64,000 nt of DNA from a plasmid: the sequence record NZ_CP118102.1; one strand, written 5' to 3'. The first letter of the stretch is position 1. Each line of letters starts with the position of its first letter. A program made the translations under genes and the position numbers. Below are positions 36,764 through 45,811 of this stretch, piece by piece. The notes under the pieces are model-generated. The model saw nothing but the letters and a program-made list of their open reading frames with translations. It made no database searches and was not told where the DNA came from.

Positions 36764-38004
36764 CGTTCACCATTCCATTCGATATCCGAGGTAGACGCTT
36801 CTTGAAGCGTCAGGCGTTGCCGGGCGGCCGTTCGGCGCGTCCAGGCGAGCAGCCGAAACTGTTCCGCAAAAGGCTTCGGGTCTTCCCGGCGATACACGAC
36901 GTCACGGCTGCCTCGCCAAGCGCGCAGCCATTCGCCGAGCGTTCGTTCGCGGACGGCCTGGACGAGCCCGTAGCTCAGCATCGCGGCCGAGAGCATCGCG
37001 CCTTGTCTTGATTGTGCGGCAGGAGAGGCGATTCGCCCGGCCGCCAGAAGAGCGGCAGGACACAGCAGCGCCTCCGCCAGCCGGCCGTCCGATCCGAACA
37101 GATGCACTCCGCTCGTCGCCCTCGGATTGCATTCCATCGGCAGGACGGCGCCTTCCGGCGAGATCATGAAATCGAAGGCGATCTGCCCGGTAAAGCCGAT
37201 TCCCGCGACGAAGCGCCGGACCCAATCGAACAGCTGCGGCTGGCTGGCCGGCTCGTAATGGATGCTGGCGCCCCGGCCGGCGCGAAAACGGCTGCGGTAT
37301 GCGGCGTGAGCCGCGATCCGGCCCTCGTGCGCTACGCTGTAGGTGCACCATTCTTCGCCGCGCAGCAGCTCCTGGACGATCCAGGGCCGACGGTCAGACA
37401 CGCCGGCCTCGGCCAGCTTGCGCGCGATTTCCTTACGGCGGGAGTCCGGCAAGGGAGTGCGGCGCAAATCGAGCAGCAGCGTGCGCGAAGCGAATCGCGA
37501 ATAGGCCGGCTTGAGCGCGATGCCTTCGGCGAAGCGGGGGCTGTCCAGCAGCAGCAGCTGCCAGCCGTCCGGCGTGTCCAGCGTCACCGTGTCCGGGACG
37601 GGAAGTCCGAGGCGCGCCGCGGTTTCTATAAATTTGCCTTTGTGGTGGAGAGAGTCCAGTTCCGCCAGAGGCGCCGCCAGTACGCGGCAAACGCCCTCGA
37701 ATCGGTCGAGCTCCTTGGAAATGTGGAAAATCTCCTCGCAAGTTGGAATCAGCGCGTCGATGCGGTGTTGTTCGGCAATCGCGCACAGTGCCGCGGCGTA
37801 TTTCTCCGAATTTTCGGAGGGCGGGGGGACATGGAAGCTTCGTTCGACGGAACGGGATACCCGGCACAGGTGATAGGGCGCGGATTCGGCCGCGTAAACC
37901 CGATGGCCGGCGGCGCGGAACAGGCGGGCCAGCTCCAACGCTGCCGGAGAGCGGCCTCCTGTAAGGAGAACGCGCTGCGGCTCCGTTTCCGGCTCAATAG
38001 TCAA
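36760..38004 (-). CDS. ATP-grasp domain protein (carboxylate-amine/thiol ligase type)
   Basis: 414 aa. N-terminal Rossmann-like VLLTGGRSPAALELARLFRAAGHRVYAAE. Central ATP-grasp-like region. 4-nt overlap with the epimerase gene. Assignment from general pattern only. Confidence 0.55.
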   Translation of the reverse strand: MTIEPETEPQRVLLTGGRSPAALELARLFRAAGHRVYAAESAPYHLCRVSRSVERSFHVPPPSENSEKYAAALCAIAEQHRIDALIPTCEEIFHISKELDRFEGVCRVLAAPLAELDSLHHKGKFIETAARLGLPVPDTVTLDTPDGWQLLLLDSPRFAEGIALKPAYSRFASRTLLLDLRRTPLPDSRRKEIARKLAEAGVSDRRPWIVQELLRGEEWCTYSVAHEGRIAAHAAYRSRFRAGRGASIHYEPASQPQLFDWVRRFVAGIGFTGQIAFDFMISPEGAVLPMECNPRATSGVHLFGSDGRLAEALLCPAALLAAGRIASPAAQSRQGAMLSAAMLSYGLVQAVRERTLGEWLRAWRGSRDVVYRREDPKPFAEQFRLLAWTRRTAARQRLTLQEASTSDIEWNGER

Positions 38005-38995
38005 GGATCAGCCCTCCCAGCGTCAGTCCCGCCGCCGTTCCGATCAGCAGCACGCGGTCCCCCCGCTCGATCCGTCCCGTCCGGATCGCTTCATGAAGGC
38101 CCATCGGGAGGGAGGCGGCGATCGTATTGCCGTGGTTCGGCGTAATATAGACAAGCTGGCGCTCGGCTATGCCCAGCTTCTTGCGCATGAGGCGAACGGC
38201 CATCGCGCTGCCTTGGTGGGGGATGACCGCTTTAAGGTCCGACATGACCGTTCCCGCCGATTGCAGCAGCTCCTCTGTGAAGTCGGGCAGCAGGCGAGAA
38301 GCCATCTTGTAGATGGCCGGACCGTCCATCGAGAACAGATAGTCGTCCGCGGCGGCGGGACGATAGCCGTTCGGGTGACGCCTGGTGCCGCCCGCGCGAA
38401 TCTCGGAGAAGGCGGCTCCGGCGCTGTAGGTGCGCATGGAGGCGCCGACGATGGCGGACGGCTCGCCGTCCTCCGCCGGACCGAGGACAACGGCGGCTGC
38501 TCCGTCCCCGAACAGCGCGGCGCTTTCCTTGTGCCGCCAATCGAGGCCGACGGAAGCGATCTCGGACGTGACGATCAGCACGTAGCGGTATCTTCCGGCC
38601 GCGATCATGCAGGACATGGCGTCAAGCGCCGCCAGGAAGCTGAGACAGGTGGAATCAATATCAAAGGCGGGGACGCCGGACTGCTCCATCCCCAACTCGC
38701 GTTGAATGAATACGGCGGAGCAGGGGAGAGCTTGCTCCTTGGTGCCGCTTGCGCCGACGAGGCAATCCATGTCGGTGAACTTCAGGTTGGCGGCTTGAAG
38801 GGCGGCTTGGGCGGCTTTCGCGCCCATGGCGGATGCGGTGTCGTCTTCTCCGGCGTAGTGCCGGGAGACGATGTCCGTCACCCTGCGCGTCCAGCCCCGG
38901 GAAACGCCGAGGCGATCGTCCATCTCCAGATCGGAGATCGGGCGGCCGGGCAAGTATTTGCCCGTTCCGTATATTTTGACTTTGCGAATGTTCAT
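37994..38995 (-). CDS. 3-oxoacyl-ACP synthase III (FabH/KASIII-like) condensing enzyme
   Basis: Active-site Cys context DIDSTCLSF. His/Asn region. GGGAAGGAG RBS. Typical 333-aa KASIII length. Overlaps the ATP-grasp start by 11 nt. Confidence 0.8.
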   Translation of the reverse strand: MNIRKVKIYGTGKYLPGRPISDLEMDDRLGVSRGWTRRVTDIVSRHYAGEDDTASAMGAKAAQAALQAANLKFTDMDCLVGASGTKEQALPCSAVFIQRELGMEQSGVPAFDIDSTCLSFLAALDAMSCMIAAGRYRYVLIVTSEIASVGLDWRHKESAALFGDGAAAVVLGPAEDGEPSAIVGASMRTYSAGAAFSEIRAGGTRRHPNGYRPAAADDYLFSMDGPAIYKMASRLLPDFTEELLQSAGTVMSDLKAVIPHQGSAMAVRLMRKKLGIAERQLVYITPNHGNTIAASLPMGLHEAIRTGRIERGDRVLLIGTAAGLTLGGLILDY

Positions 38996-39210
38996 AGAGA
39001 GATCTCCTTCCCGCGCATCGTTCCCGCAAGTTCATTGTGCCGGAAAGAGGACGGACCGAATAGTACCAATTTCGCCTGGTACCTCCGTTATTCGACTGCA
39101 AACATACATGTTCGACAGAAGTCGCGCAGGTTCCTGTCGCCGGATCGGGACACGCCAAATAACCCGAACCGATTGCGGTCCGGGCTAGGCACGCCCTAAT
39201 GGATGCGACC

Positions 39211-39726
39211 TTATTGCTCCGCTTTGACGATGCTTTTGCCGAACAGATACAGAACGCCGACCCCTCCGAACATAAGAGCAAGCAGGAAATAGAAGTAAAA
39301 CACGCGCGCCACCTCCCGGAATTGGATTAGGAAATCGAACACCCCAACTGTAAGCCAGACTGGAGGAGCTGTGACCACCCAATTGCGAGAAAATGCGGCC
39401 AGCCAAAAAGCTTGGTAACGACTGGCGTTGGGGAACAGGGAAAGAGACAGAGGCAGGGCGGCGTAATGACAGGGGCACAGGCGAGCCTTGTGCGACGGGT
39501 CAGGAGGGCGGATGATAAGCTCGCGTGGCGGTACTGTTGGGGGAGGCGGGTCAGGCGGTCGGACAATAAGCTCGCGTGGCGGTACTGTTGGGGGAGGCGG
39601 GTCAGGCGGGCGGATGATAAGCTCGCGAGGCGGTACTGTGGAGGGCGACGGGACAGGCGGTCGGACAATAAGCTCGCGTGGCGGTACTGTTGGGGGAGGC
39701 GGGTCAGGCGGGCGGATGATAAGCAC
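39211..39726 (-). CDS. proline-rich 17-aa repeat protein (PPDPPPPTVPPRELIIR x5) with a C-terminal TM segment; possibly a truncated or pseudogenised longer repeat protein
   Basis: Minus-strand frame gives P-rich repeats and a hydrophobic tail FYFYFLLALMFGGVGVLYLF. Upstream repeat copies carry the GTCAGA variant that creates in-frame TGA. Two plus-strand frames are also open across the array, so the coding status is uncertain. Confidence 0.3.
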   Translation of the reverse strand: MLIIRPPDPPPPTVPPRELIVRPPVPSPSTVPPRELIIRPPDPPPPTVPPRELIVRPPDPPPPTVPPRELIIRPPDPSHKARLCPCHYAALPLSLSLFPNASRYQAFWLAAFSRNWVVTAPPVWLTVGVFDFLIQFREVARVFYFYFLLALMFGGVGVLYLFGKSIVKAEQ

Positions 39727-39965
39727 GCGTGGCGGTACTGTTGGGGGCGGCAGGTCAGGCAGTCAGACGATAAGCACGCGTGGCGGTACTGTGGAGGGCG
39801 GCGGGTCAGGCGGTCGGACGATAAGCACGCGTGGCGGTACTGTTGGGGGCGGCGGGTCAGGCGGTCAGACGATAAGCACGCGTGGCGGTACTGTTGGGGG
39901 CGGCAGGTCAGGCAGTCAGACGATAAGCTCGCGTGGAGGTACTGTTGGGGGCGGCGGTTTGTGTT
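39490..39965. repeat. 51-bp tandem repeat x9 (GC-rich; unit about GGCGGTCGGACAATAAGCTCGCGTGGCGGTACTGTTGGGGGAGGCGGGTCA)
   Basis: The ATAAG anchor recurs at 39515, 39566, 39617, 39668, 39719, 39770, 39821, 39872 and 39923, exactly 51 bp apart. Two sequence variants (CGGACAATAAGCTCGCG and CAGACGATAAGCACGCG). Confidence 0.9.
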
Positions 39966-40068
39966 GTGCAGGATGCTCCGTGTGGAGCATCCTGCAGTGG
40001 AGTTGGAGCCATTAGTTGAGTGTCGGGAACGATCCGACGTTGCCGTCCAATGGGTTTCGGGGAGCGAA

Positions 40069-41460
40069 TCAGCCGCGGACGAACCGTTCGAAGAGGGAGC
40101 CGGCGGCCAGCACTAGTTCGTCGTCGCCGCGACGCCCTGTGAGCTGCAGGCCGATCGGCAGTCCTTCCGAGGAGAGGCCGGCAGGCAGCGACAGCGCCGG
40201 GAGCCCCCACAGGTTGGCAAGCGGAGTGAACTCGCCGTTGGCGGGTCCGCCCGGCTTGCCTGCCGGGATCGGGCCGGCGGTGACCGGACAGGTGGGGGAG
40301 ACGAGTACGTCGATCTCTTCGAACAAACTGTCAACCAACGAGCGATGGGAATCCCTCCAGCTCAGGCAGACGTCATAGTCGCTCGTCGTAATGGCGCGTC
40401 CCGCCTCCAAGCTGTTCCGCATCCGTTCGCTGTAACCTTTCGCCCAATCCGTCAGCTTTTCTGTATGTGTCCGATATGCCTCGTAATGCAAAATCGTCCA
40501 CGTTTTTTCCTTCACCTCGGAGATTGGAAGCTCTGTGTTCAACCGCTTGACGCGGAAGCCGGCCTTCTCCATCGTCTGGACTACGCCAAGGATCGCATCG
40601 CGAATTTCGGGCTCTGCCTCCGCATCCAAATAGTCGGTCGCTACGCCGATTGTCAGCGGCTTCTCAGTCGCGCGAGCCCTGATGCCGGGTTGCTCCACTT
40701 CCACGTTCAGTCGCATCCGATTCTCCGCAGATTCCTCCATAAGACGCGTTCCTTTTTCATCCGAACGCTCCGCAAGAACGTTAAACAGCAAGGAGACGTC
40801 TTCGCAAGTGCGTGCCAACACGCCTGCATGATCCAGCGACGGCGCCAGCGGCGTAATGCCGTCCAGGCTGAGGCGCCCCGCGGACGGCTTGAATCCGGCG
40901 ACACCGCAGAAGCTGGCCGGCACCCGGACGGAGCCGGCTGAGTCGGTGCCGATCGAGCCGAGGGCGAAACCGGCGGCGATCCCCGCGGCGGAGCCGGAGC
41001 TGGAGCCGCCGGGCAGTCGGCCGGGCCGCAGCGGATTAAGCGTCCAGCCGAAGGCCGGGTGAGGCCGGCCGTAAGCGAACTCGTACAAATGCGCCTTGCC
41101 GATGATGACTGAGCCGGCCTCCAACAGCTTGGCGACGACGCGTGCATGCGCTTCTGGAACCGGCACGGGAGATCGGCCCGAGCCGTTCGTCAGCGGCACT
41201 CCCGCATAAGCGATCATATCTTTGACGGATACCGGGATGCCGTGCAGCGGTCCGCGGTCGCGGCCGTCCCGCAGCTCGCGCTCGGCCTGCGCGGCCTGTG
41301 CCCGAGCTTCGTCCTCCATCAGATGAAGGAAGGAGCGATACCGGTCGTCTTCGTTTCGTATTCGCTGCAGAAGCGATTCCAGCAGTTGGACGGGAGAGAG
41401 CTCTCCGCTGCGGAAGGCCCGTCCTGCCGCCGCGATCGTCCATTGGTCGTTTCGGGGCAT
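40069..41460 (-). CDS. amidase-signature family amidase (GatA-like)
   Basis: GPLHGIPVSVKDMIAYAGVPLTNGS contains the Ser-cisSer-Lys triad lysine and GGSSGG-like motif GGSSSGSAAGIAAG. Confidence 0.8.
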   Translation of the reverse strand: MPRNDQWTIAAAGRAFRSGELSPVQLLESLLQRIRNEDDRYRSFLHLMEDEARAQAAQAERELRDGRDRGPLHGIPVSVKDMIAYAGVPLTNGSGRSPVPVPEAHARVVAKLLEAGSVIIGKAHLYEFAYGRPHPAFGWTLNPLRPGRLPGGSSSGSAAGIAAGFALGSIGTDSAGSVRVPASFCGVAGFKPSAGRLSLDGITPLAPSLDHAGVLARTCEDVSLLFNVLAERSDEKGTRLMEESAENRMRLNVEVEQPGIRARATEKPLTIGVATDYLDAEAEPEIRDAILGVVQTMEKAGFRVKRLNTELPISEVKEKTWTILHYEAYRTHTEKLTDWAKGYSERMRNSLEAGRAITTSDYDVCLSWRDSHRSLVDSLFEEIDVLVSPTCPVTAGPIPAGKPGGPANGEFTPLANLWGLPALSLPAGLSSEGLPIGLQLTGRRGDDELVLAAGSLFERFVRG

Positions 41461-41891
41461 GTCTCATTCCTCCATGTGTTAAGCATATACGAAATCAGAG
41501 TTGCGAGGTTGGGATAAAATTGGAGCAGATTGCGAAAACGGCGTGTGCATTGGCGACGACTGACCGAAAGGGATGACGACCAACGGCATTGACAGCGGCC
41601 GACATACGGAAGGGCGACAGACCAAGGTGTTCGAGGCGGCGGACGTAAGCAACTGCCGGCGATTGCGGTGAAAAAGATAACGGCTTGCGAAGGTATATAA
41701 CGAGATTGCGACGAACGTTTATCCGACTTTACAACTTGGATAACTCATACTATGATAGCGTCAAGCGCCGGTTAGGTGCAAGGTTATCGCGTCTTCGCGC
41801 TTAGTCTTGAACAAGAGGAGCGAGACTTCAGAATCCCGATATAACAAAATGAAGCGCAATTCAATACAAATCCCGATTCGGAGGCGGTCAT

Positions 41892-42859
41892 ATGGCGGCA
41901 CACGGAACTGCAAACGAATTTATCGCCCGGCTGTACGAAGCGAAGCTGGCCCGGGCTGCGAAGCTCCCCGACCCGGCGGCGGATGGGGAGGAGCTGCTGC
42001 GCAGAAGGGAGCGGTTGGCCAGTCTGCTTCGCATCCCCCTTGCACAGGAAAATGCCGTCCCGCCGGATGCTGAGCTGCTGGAACGTACGGACCAAGGGGC
42101 TTACATTCGCGAACGGGTGGAGATCGGCACGAGGGACGGCCTGCGCATGCCGATGTACGTGCTGCTCCCCAAGACGGCGTCCGCCAGCAGCCCCGCACCT
42201 GCCGTACTGGCGCTGCACGGCCACGGCTACGGCAGCCGCGAGCTGGTCGGACTGACGCCGGACGGACGCGACGAGCCGGAGGGAACGGGCATTCACAAGC
42301 ATTTCGCGCTGTCTCTCGTCAAGCGCGGTCTGGCCGTCATTGTACCCGAACTGCTCGGCTTCGGCGAGCGCCGGCTGGAGGAGGATAGCCGGCTGGACGA
42401 AAATCCGGCGGATATGCGCAACTCCTCCTGCTACAAACTGTCCTCCTTTTTGACTCATCTGGGAGAGACGCTGGCGGAGCGTTCGTCGCGTATTTGGCGG
42501 CAGCGCTGGATGAACGCTTCCGTGCCGTCGTATTAAGCGGGTATACGAATACTTATGAGGACAGTTACTTTTTCTCCCGGCAGCACTGTCTGTGCGACTA
42601 TATTCCCGGAATCGTCGAGTTGGGCGACATGCCCGATCTCGTCGGATTGATCGCTCCCCGTTCCCTGTACTTGGAGGTCGGGAAGAGCGACCATCTGTTT
42701 CCGGTGGAAGGGGCGGTCAGAGCAGCTGAGCGGATCGGAATGTATTACGAGCGCTTGGGCGCGGCGGACCGGCTTGTGTTGGATATTTTTGACGGGGGAC
42801 ACGAAATCGGGGGAATCGGCTCGTTCGATTGGTTGAGGAAGGAGCTGGATGCGCTATGA
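41892..42859 (+). pseudogene. alpha/beta-hydrolase (dienelactone hydrolase / acetyl-esterase-like) gene interrupted by a 1-nt frameshift near 42478
   Basis: Track ORFs 41892-42536 and 42494-42859 are the two halves. Inserting one G in CTGGCGGAGCG gives the continuous ...LGETLAGAFVAYLAAALDERFRAVVLSGY.... LALHGHGYG and later GGHE motifs typical of alpha/beta hydrolases. Confidence 0.55.
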
Positions 42860-43728
42860 GCCGAACGATCAATCCGGTTCCGCAGCTGGTCGAGCGCAGC
42901 TTCCTGTTCTTCCACCGCCTCGAAACCCGGGAAGGCCATCTGGAAATCGTCAACGCCCACCAAGGCATCGAAATCGTGCTCGTGAGGGAAGGACGCGGTC
43001 AGCTGATTCTCGACCGGACGGTGCACCCGATCGGGCCGGGAACGTTTGTCGTAATCCAGCCGTACCAGCTGCATCATTTTAAGATGGAGCCTCCTTACGT
43101 GCGCACGCCGCTCGTATTCGATCCTTATTTGTTCGACCGCTATGCCGCGTTGTTTCCGGCGCTGCAAGCCTTTTTTCATCGGCTGTGGAAAGGAAAGCAC
43201 GGAGGGCGGCTGTTCGCGCTCAGCGAGGAGGAGTTGGAGCGGTTGGACGGGTTGGCCGGACAGTTCGAGCGCAGGCTCGGCGAGGTGCCGGAATACGGGA
43301 GACAGGAGGAATTGTTGCTGTTTCTGCTCGACTGGATGCGGGAGCTGCGCGTAATCTGCGAGCGGGACGACCGGCGCGAGCCGGATGCGGCCGGCAAGCG
43401 GGAAGGCAGACATATCGAGCAGATGATGAGCTGGATCGAGGAGCATTACCACGAAAGCTTCTCATTGGAAAAGCTGGCCGAAGCGCTTCATCTGTCGCCG
43501 TTCTACGCCTCGCATCTGTTCAGCGAAGAGACCGGCTGCACGCTCAGTCAGTACATTATAGCCCGCAGATTGCGCGAGTCGTGTCTGCTGCTGACGATGA
43601 CCGACCGGCCCGTAGCGCAGATCGGCAAGCAGATCGGTTTTAACAGCAGCGCCTACTTCTGCAAGACGTTCAAGAAAAAGATGGGCTTATCGCCGCAAGC
43701 TTTCCGCAAGCGCTCCGGACAGGCGTAA
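42856..43728 (+). CDS. AraC-family transcriptional regulator (cupin sensor plus HTH)
   Basis: ATG 42856 overlaps the hydrolase stop (ATGA). C-terminal AraC HTH IARRLRESCLLLTMTDRPVAQIGKQIGFNSSAYFCKTFKKKMGLSPQAFR. Confidence 0.8.
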   Translation: MSRTINPVPQLVERSFLFFHRLETREGHLEIVNAHQGIEIVLVREGRGQLILDRTVHPIGPGTFVVIQPYQLHHFKMEPPYVRTPLVFDPYLFDRYAALFPALQAFFHRLWKGKHGGRLFALSEEELERLDGLAGQFERRLGEVPEYGRQEELLLFLLDWMRELRVICERDDRREPDAAGKREGRHIEQMMSWIEEHYHESFSLEKLAEALHLSPFYASHLFSEETGCTLSQYIIARRLRESCLLLTMTDRPVAQIGKQIGFNSSAYFCKTFKKKMGLSPQAFRKRSGQA

Positions 43729-43972
43729 CGACGGGAGAAGGCGAACCAGCCGGAGCGCAGGAGGAGAACCGCCCCGCGCCGGTTGATTCGTCATGCCCGA
43801 AAACGGCCGTACGTCGCGTCCTGGAGGGGCGCTGTGCCATCCGGCAAACGGATCAGACGCCGGGCTATCGGTCAGACGGAATGAACGACAGGAGGCTGCG
43901 CGATCCGGAGGAAAAGTCCGAAACGGCGGCAAGTCAGGCCTCATACCCGCTCTACAAGGAGGAATAAGTCAG

Positions 43973-44812
43973 ATGAAATACGCGTTCAATACGGCATCGG
44001 CCCCGACGCTGACGCTGCCGGAGCTGCTGGAAGCGGCTCGTCGCTACGGCTACGGTGGTCTGGAAGTACGAGCCGGAGTCGGACATCGTCACGGCATCGA
44101 AATCGACGCCGGCACGGAAGCGCGCCAAAGCTTGAGACGGCTGGCGGAGAAGGCAAAAGTCGCCCTGACGGCGCTCGGCGTATCCAGCCGGTTCTCGGCG
44201 GCGGAGGAGGAGGGCGAGGCGCAGATAGACGCTGCCGAGAAAGCCATTGAGTTGGCGGCGGATATGGGGATTCCGTATGTTCGGCTGTTTTGCGGCCGGA
44301 TTGCGGCGGGAGACAGCCGGGACAAAGCGCGGGAACGCATCGTGGAGGCGCTGCGCCGACTCGCGCCAAGCGGGACGGAGCATGGAGTCGTTCTGCTGCT
44401 GGAGACGCACGACGACTGGTCTGCCCCTGGCGAGCTGGCAGAGGTGCTGCGGCGGGTTGGTCATCCAAGCGTTGCGGCTCTCTGGGACGTGCTTCATACG
44501 CAGCACGAAGGAGAGGCATCGCCCGCGGAAACCGTCGCCGCGCTGGGGCCGTGGATCCGCCACGTCCATGTGCACGACGGCGTCCGCAAACCGCCCGGGA
44601 GCACCGGGCATCCGCATTACCGCGCCATCGGCAGCGGCGATGTCGATCATGCCGAGGTCATCCGGGCGCTGAACGGCATCGGCTATACGGGCTGGCTGAG
44701 CGGGGAGTGGTACGAATGGGAGCCGCGCGAGACGCATCTGCCGCGCGAGCTGGAGGCGCTGCGGCGGGCCGAGCAAGCGGCCGGGAAAGGAGCGTCCGAA
44801 GATGGCCTTTAA
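43973..44812 (+). CDS. sugar phosphate isomerase/epimerase (xylose-isomerase-like TIM barrel)
   Basis: CAAGGAGG RBS then ATG 43973 (MKYAFNTASAP). GLEVRAG and LLETHDDW metal-site pattern. The minus-strand ORF 43952-44839 is antisense noise. Confidence 0.8.
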   Translation: MKYAFNTASAPTLTLPELLEAARRYGYGGLEVRAGVGHRHGIEIDAGTEARQSLRRLAEKAKVALTALGVSSRFSAAEEEGEAQIDAAEKAIELAADMGIPYVRLFCGRIAAGDSRDKARERIVEALRRLAPSGTEHGVVLLLETHDDWSAPGELAEVLRRVGHPSVAALWDVLHTQHEGEASPAETVAALGPWIRHVHVHDGVRKPPGSTGHPHYRAIGSGDVDHAEVIRALNGIGYTGWLSGEWYEWEPRETHLPRELEALRRAEQAAGKGASEDGL

Positions 44813-45800
44813 AATATGCGTGATCGGATGCGGCGGCATCGCCTGGAGAGGGCATGGTCCGGCGTACCGGCGTTACCGGGAGGAACGGCCGGATACGGAG
44901 CTGGCTGCCTGCGTGGACGCCGATCCGGACAGGGCGGCCAAATTCGCCGAGGAGTTCGGCTTTCGCCGGGCGTACACGAGGGTGGAGGAAGCGCTGGAGA
45001 CGGAGCGTCCAGACGCCGTCTGCCTGCTCGTGCCCGCTCCGTACATCGCGGAGCTGGCCGCATCGATTCTAGGCCAAGGCTACCCGCTGCTGCTGGAGAA
45101 ACCTCCCGGCACGACGCGGGAAGAAGCGCTGCGCATCGCAGCAGCCGCGATTCGGCCGAACGGCGGCGAGATTCCGACACGGGTGGCGTTCAACCGCCGA
45201 TATATGCCGCTGATCGGGCAGGCGGTCGACGCGCTGAAGGAGTGGCGTGAAGCCGGACGGCTGCATCATATCGCTTACGACATCAGCCGGGTTGGCCGAA
45301 CCGACGACGAGGACGCGTCCGTCACCGCGATTCACGGCATCGACGCGCTAAGAACGCTGGCAGGTTCGGATTACCGCGACATTCGCCTGAGCTATCGCCC
45401 GCTCCCGCATCTGGGTTCGCGCGTGACGAATGTCTCGCTGGAAGGCGAGTTTCAGTCCGGGGCGACGTTCCGGCTGAATTATTTTCCGGCGGCGGGGGCG
45501 GTATACGAGAGGGCGGCGATCAACTGTGAAGACGCCACGCTGCTGCTTCGGCTTCCGTTCTGGACGTCGAACGATTCGCCCGGAGGCGTTCTGCTGCAAG
45601 GCAACCGCGAGCTGAAGCATTGGGCGTCGGAAGCCGAGCCGTTCGTAACCAACGGCTTCTACGAGGAGAATGCCGGCTTCTTCGACGCCGTCCGCGCGGG
45701 CATGCAGCCGACTGGAGGAATCCGCACGGCGATTCAGTCGGTAGAGGTGGCGGAGGCGGTGCTGCGGAGAGAGACGCGTTATGCGTCGGACAACAGATAA
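44802..45800 (+). CDS. Gfo/Idh/MocA-family NAD(P)-dependent oxidoreductase
   Basis: N-terminal Rossmann ICVIGCGGIAWRGH. EKP motif LLLEKPPG. Confidence 0.8.
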   Translation: MAFKICVIGCGGIAWRGHGPAYRRYREERPDTELAACVDADPDRAAKFAEEFGFRRAYTRVEEALETERPDAVCLLVPAPYIAELAASILGQGYPLLLEKPPGTTREEALRIAAAAIRPNGGEIPTRVAFNRRYMPLIGQAVDALKEWREAGRLHHIAYDISRVGRTDDEDASVTAIHGIDALRTLAGSDYRDIRLSYRPLPHLGSRVTNVSLEGEFQSGATFRLNYFPAAGAVYERAAINCEDATLLLRLPFWTSNDSPGGVLLQGNRELKHWASEAEPFVTNGFYEENAGFFDAVRAGMQPTGGIRTAIQSVEVAEAVLRRETRYASDNR

Positions 45801-45811
45801 GGAGGACAACG

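Noticed and set aside
39490-39965. Possible CRISPR array (51-bp period, GC-rich)
   Set aside because: As above, the whole unit is repeated without variable spacers.
43952-44839. 295-aa minus-strand ORF overlapping the sugar phosphate isomerase gene
   Set aside because: Antisense frame. The plus-strand gene has an RBS and a recognisable TIM-barrel isomerase sequence.
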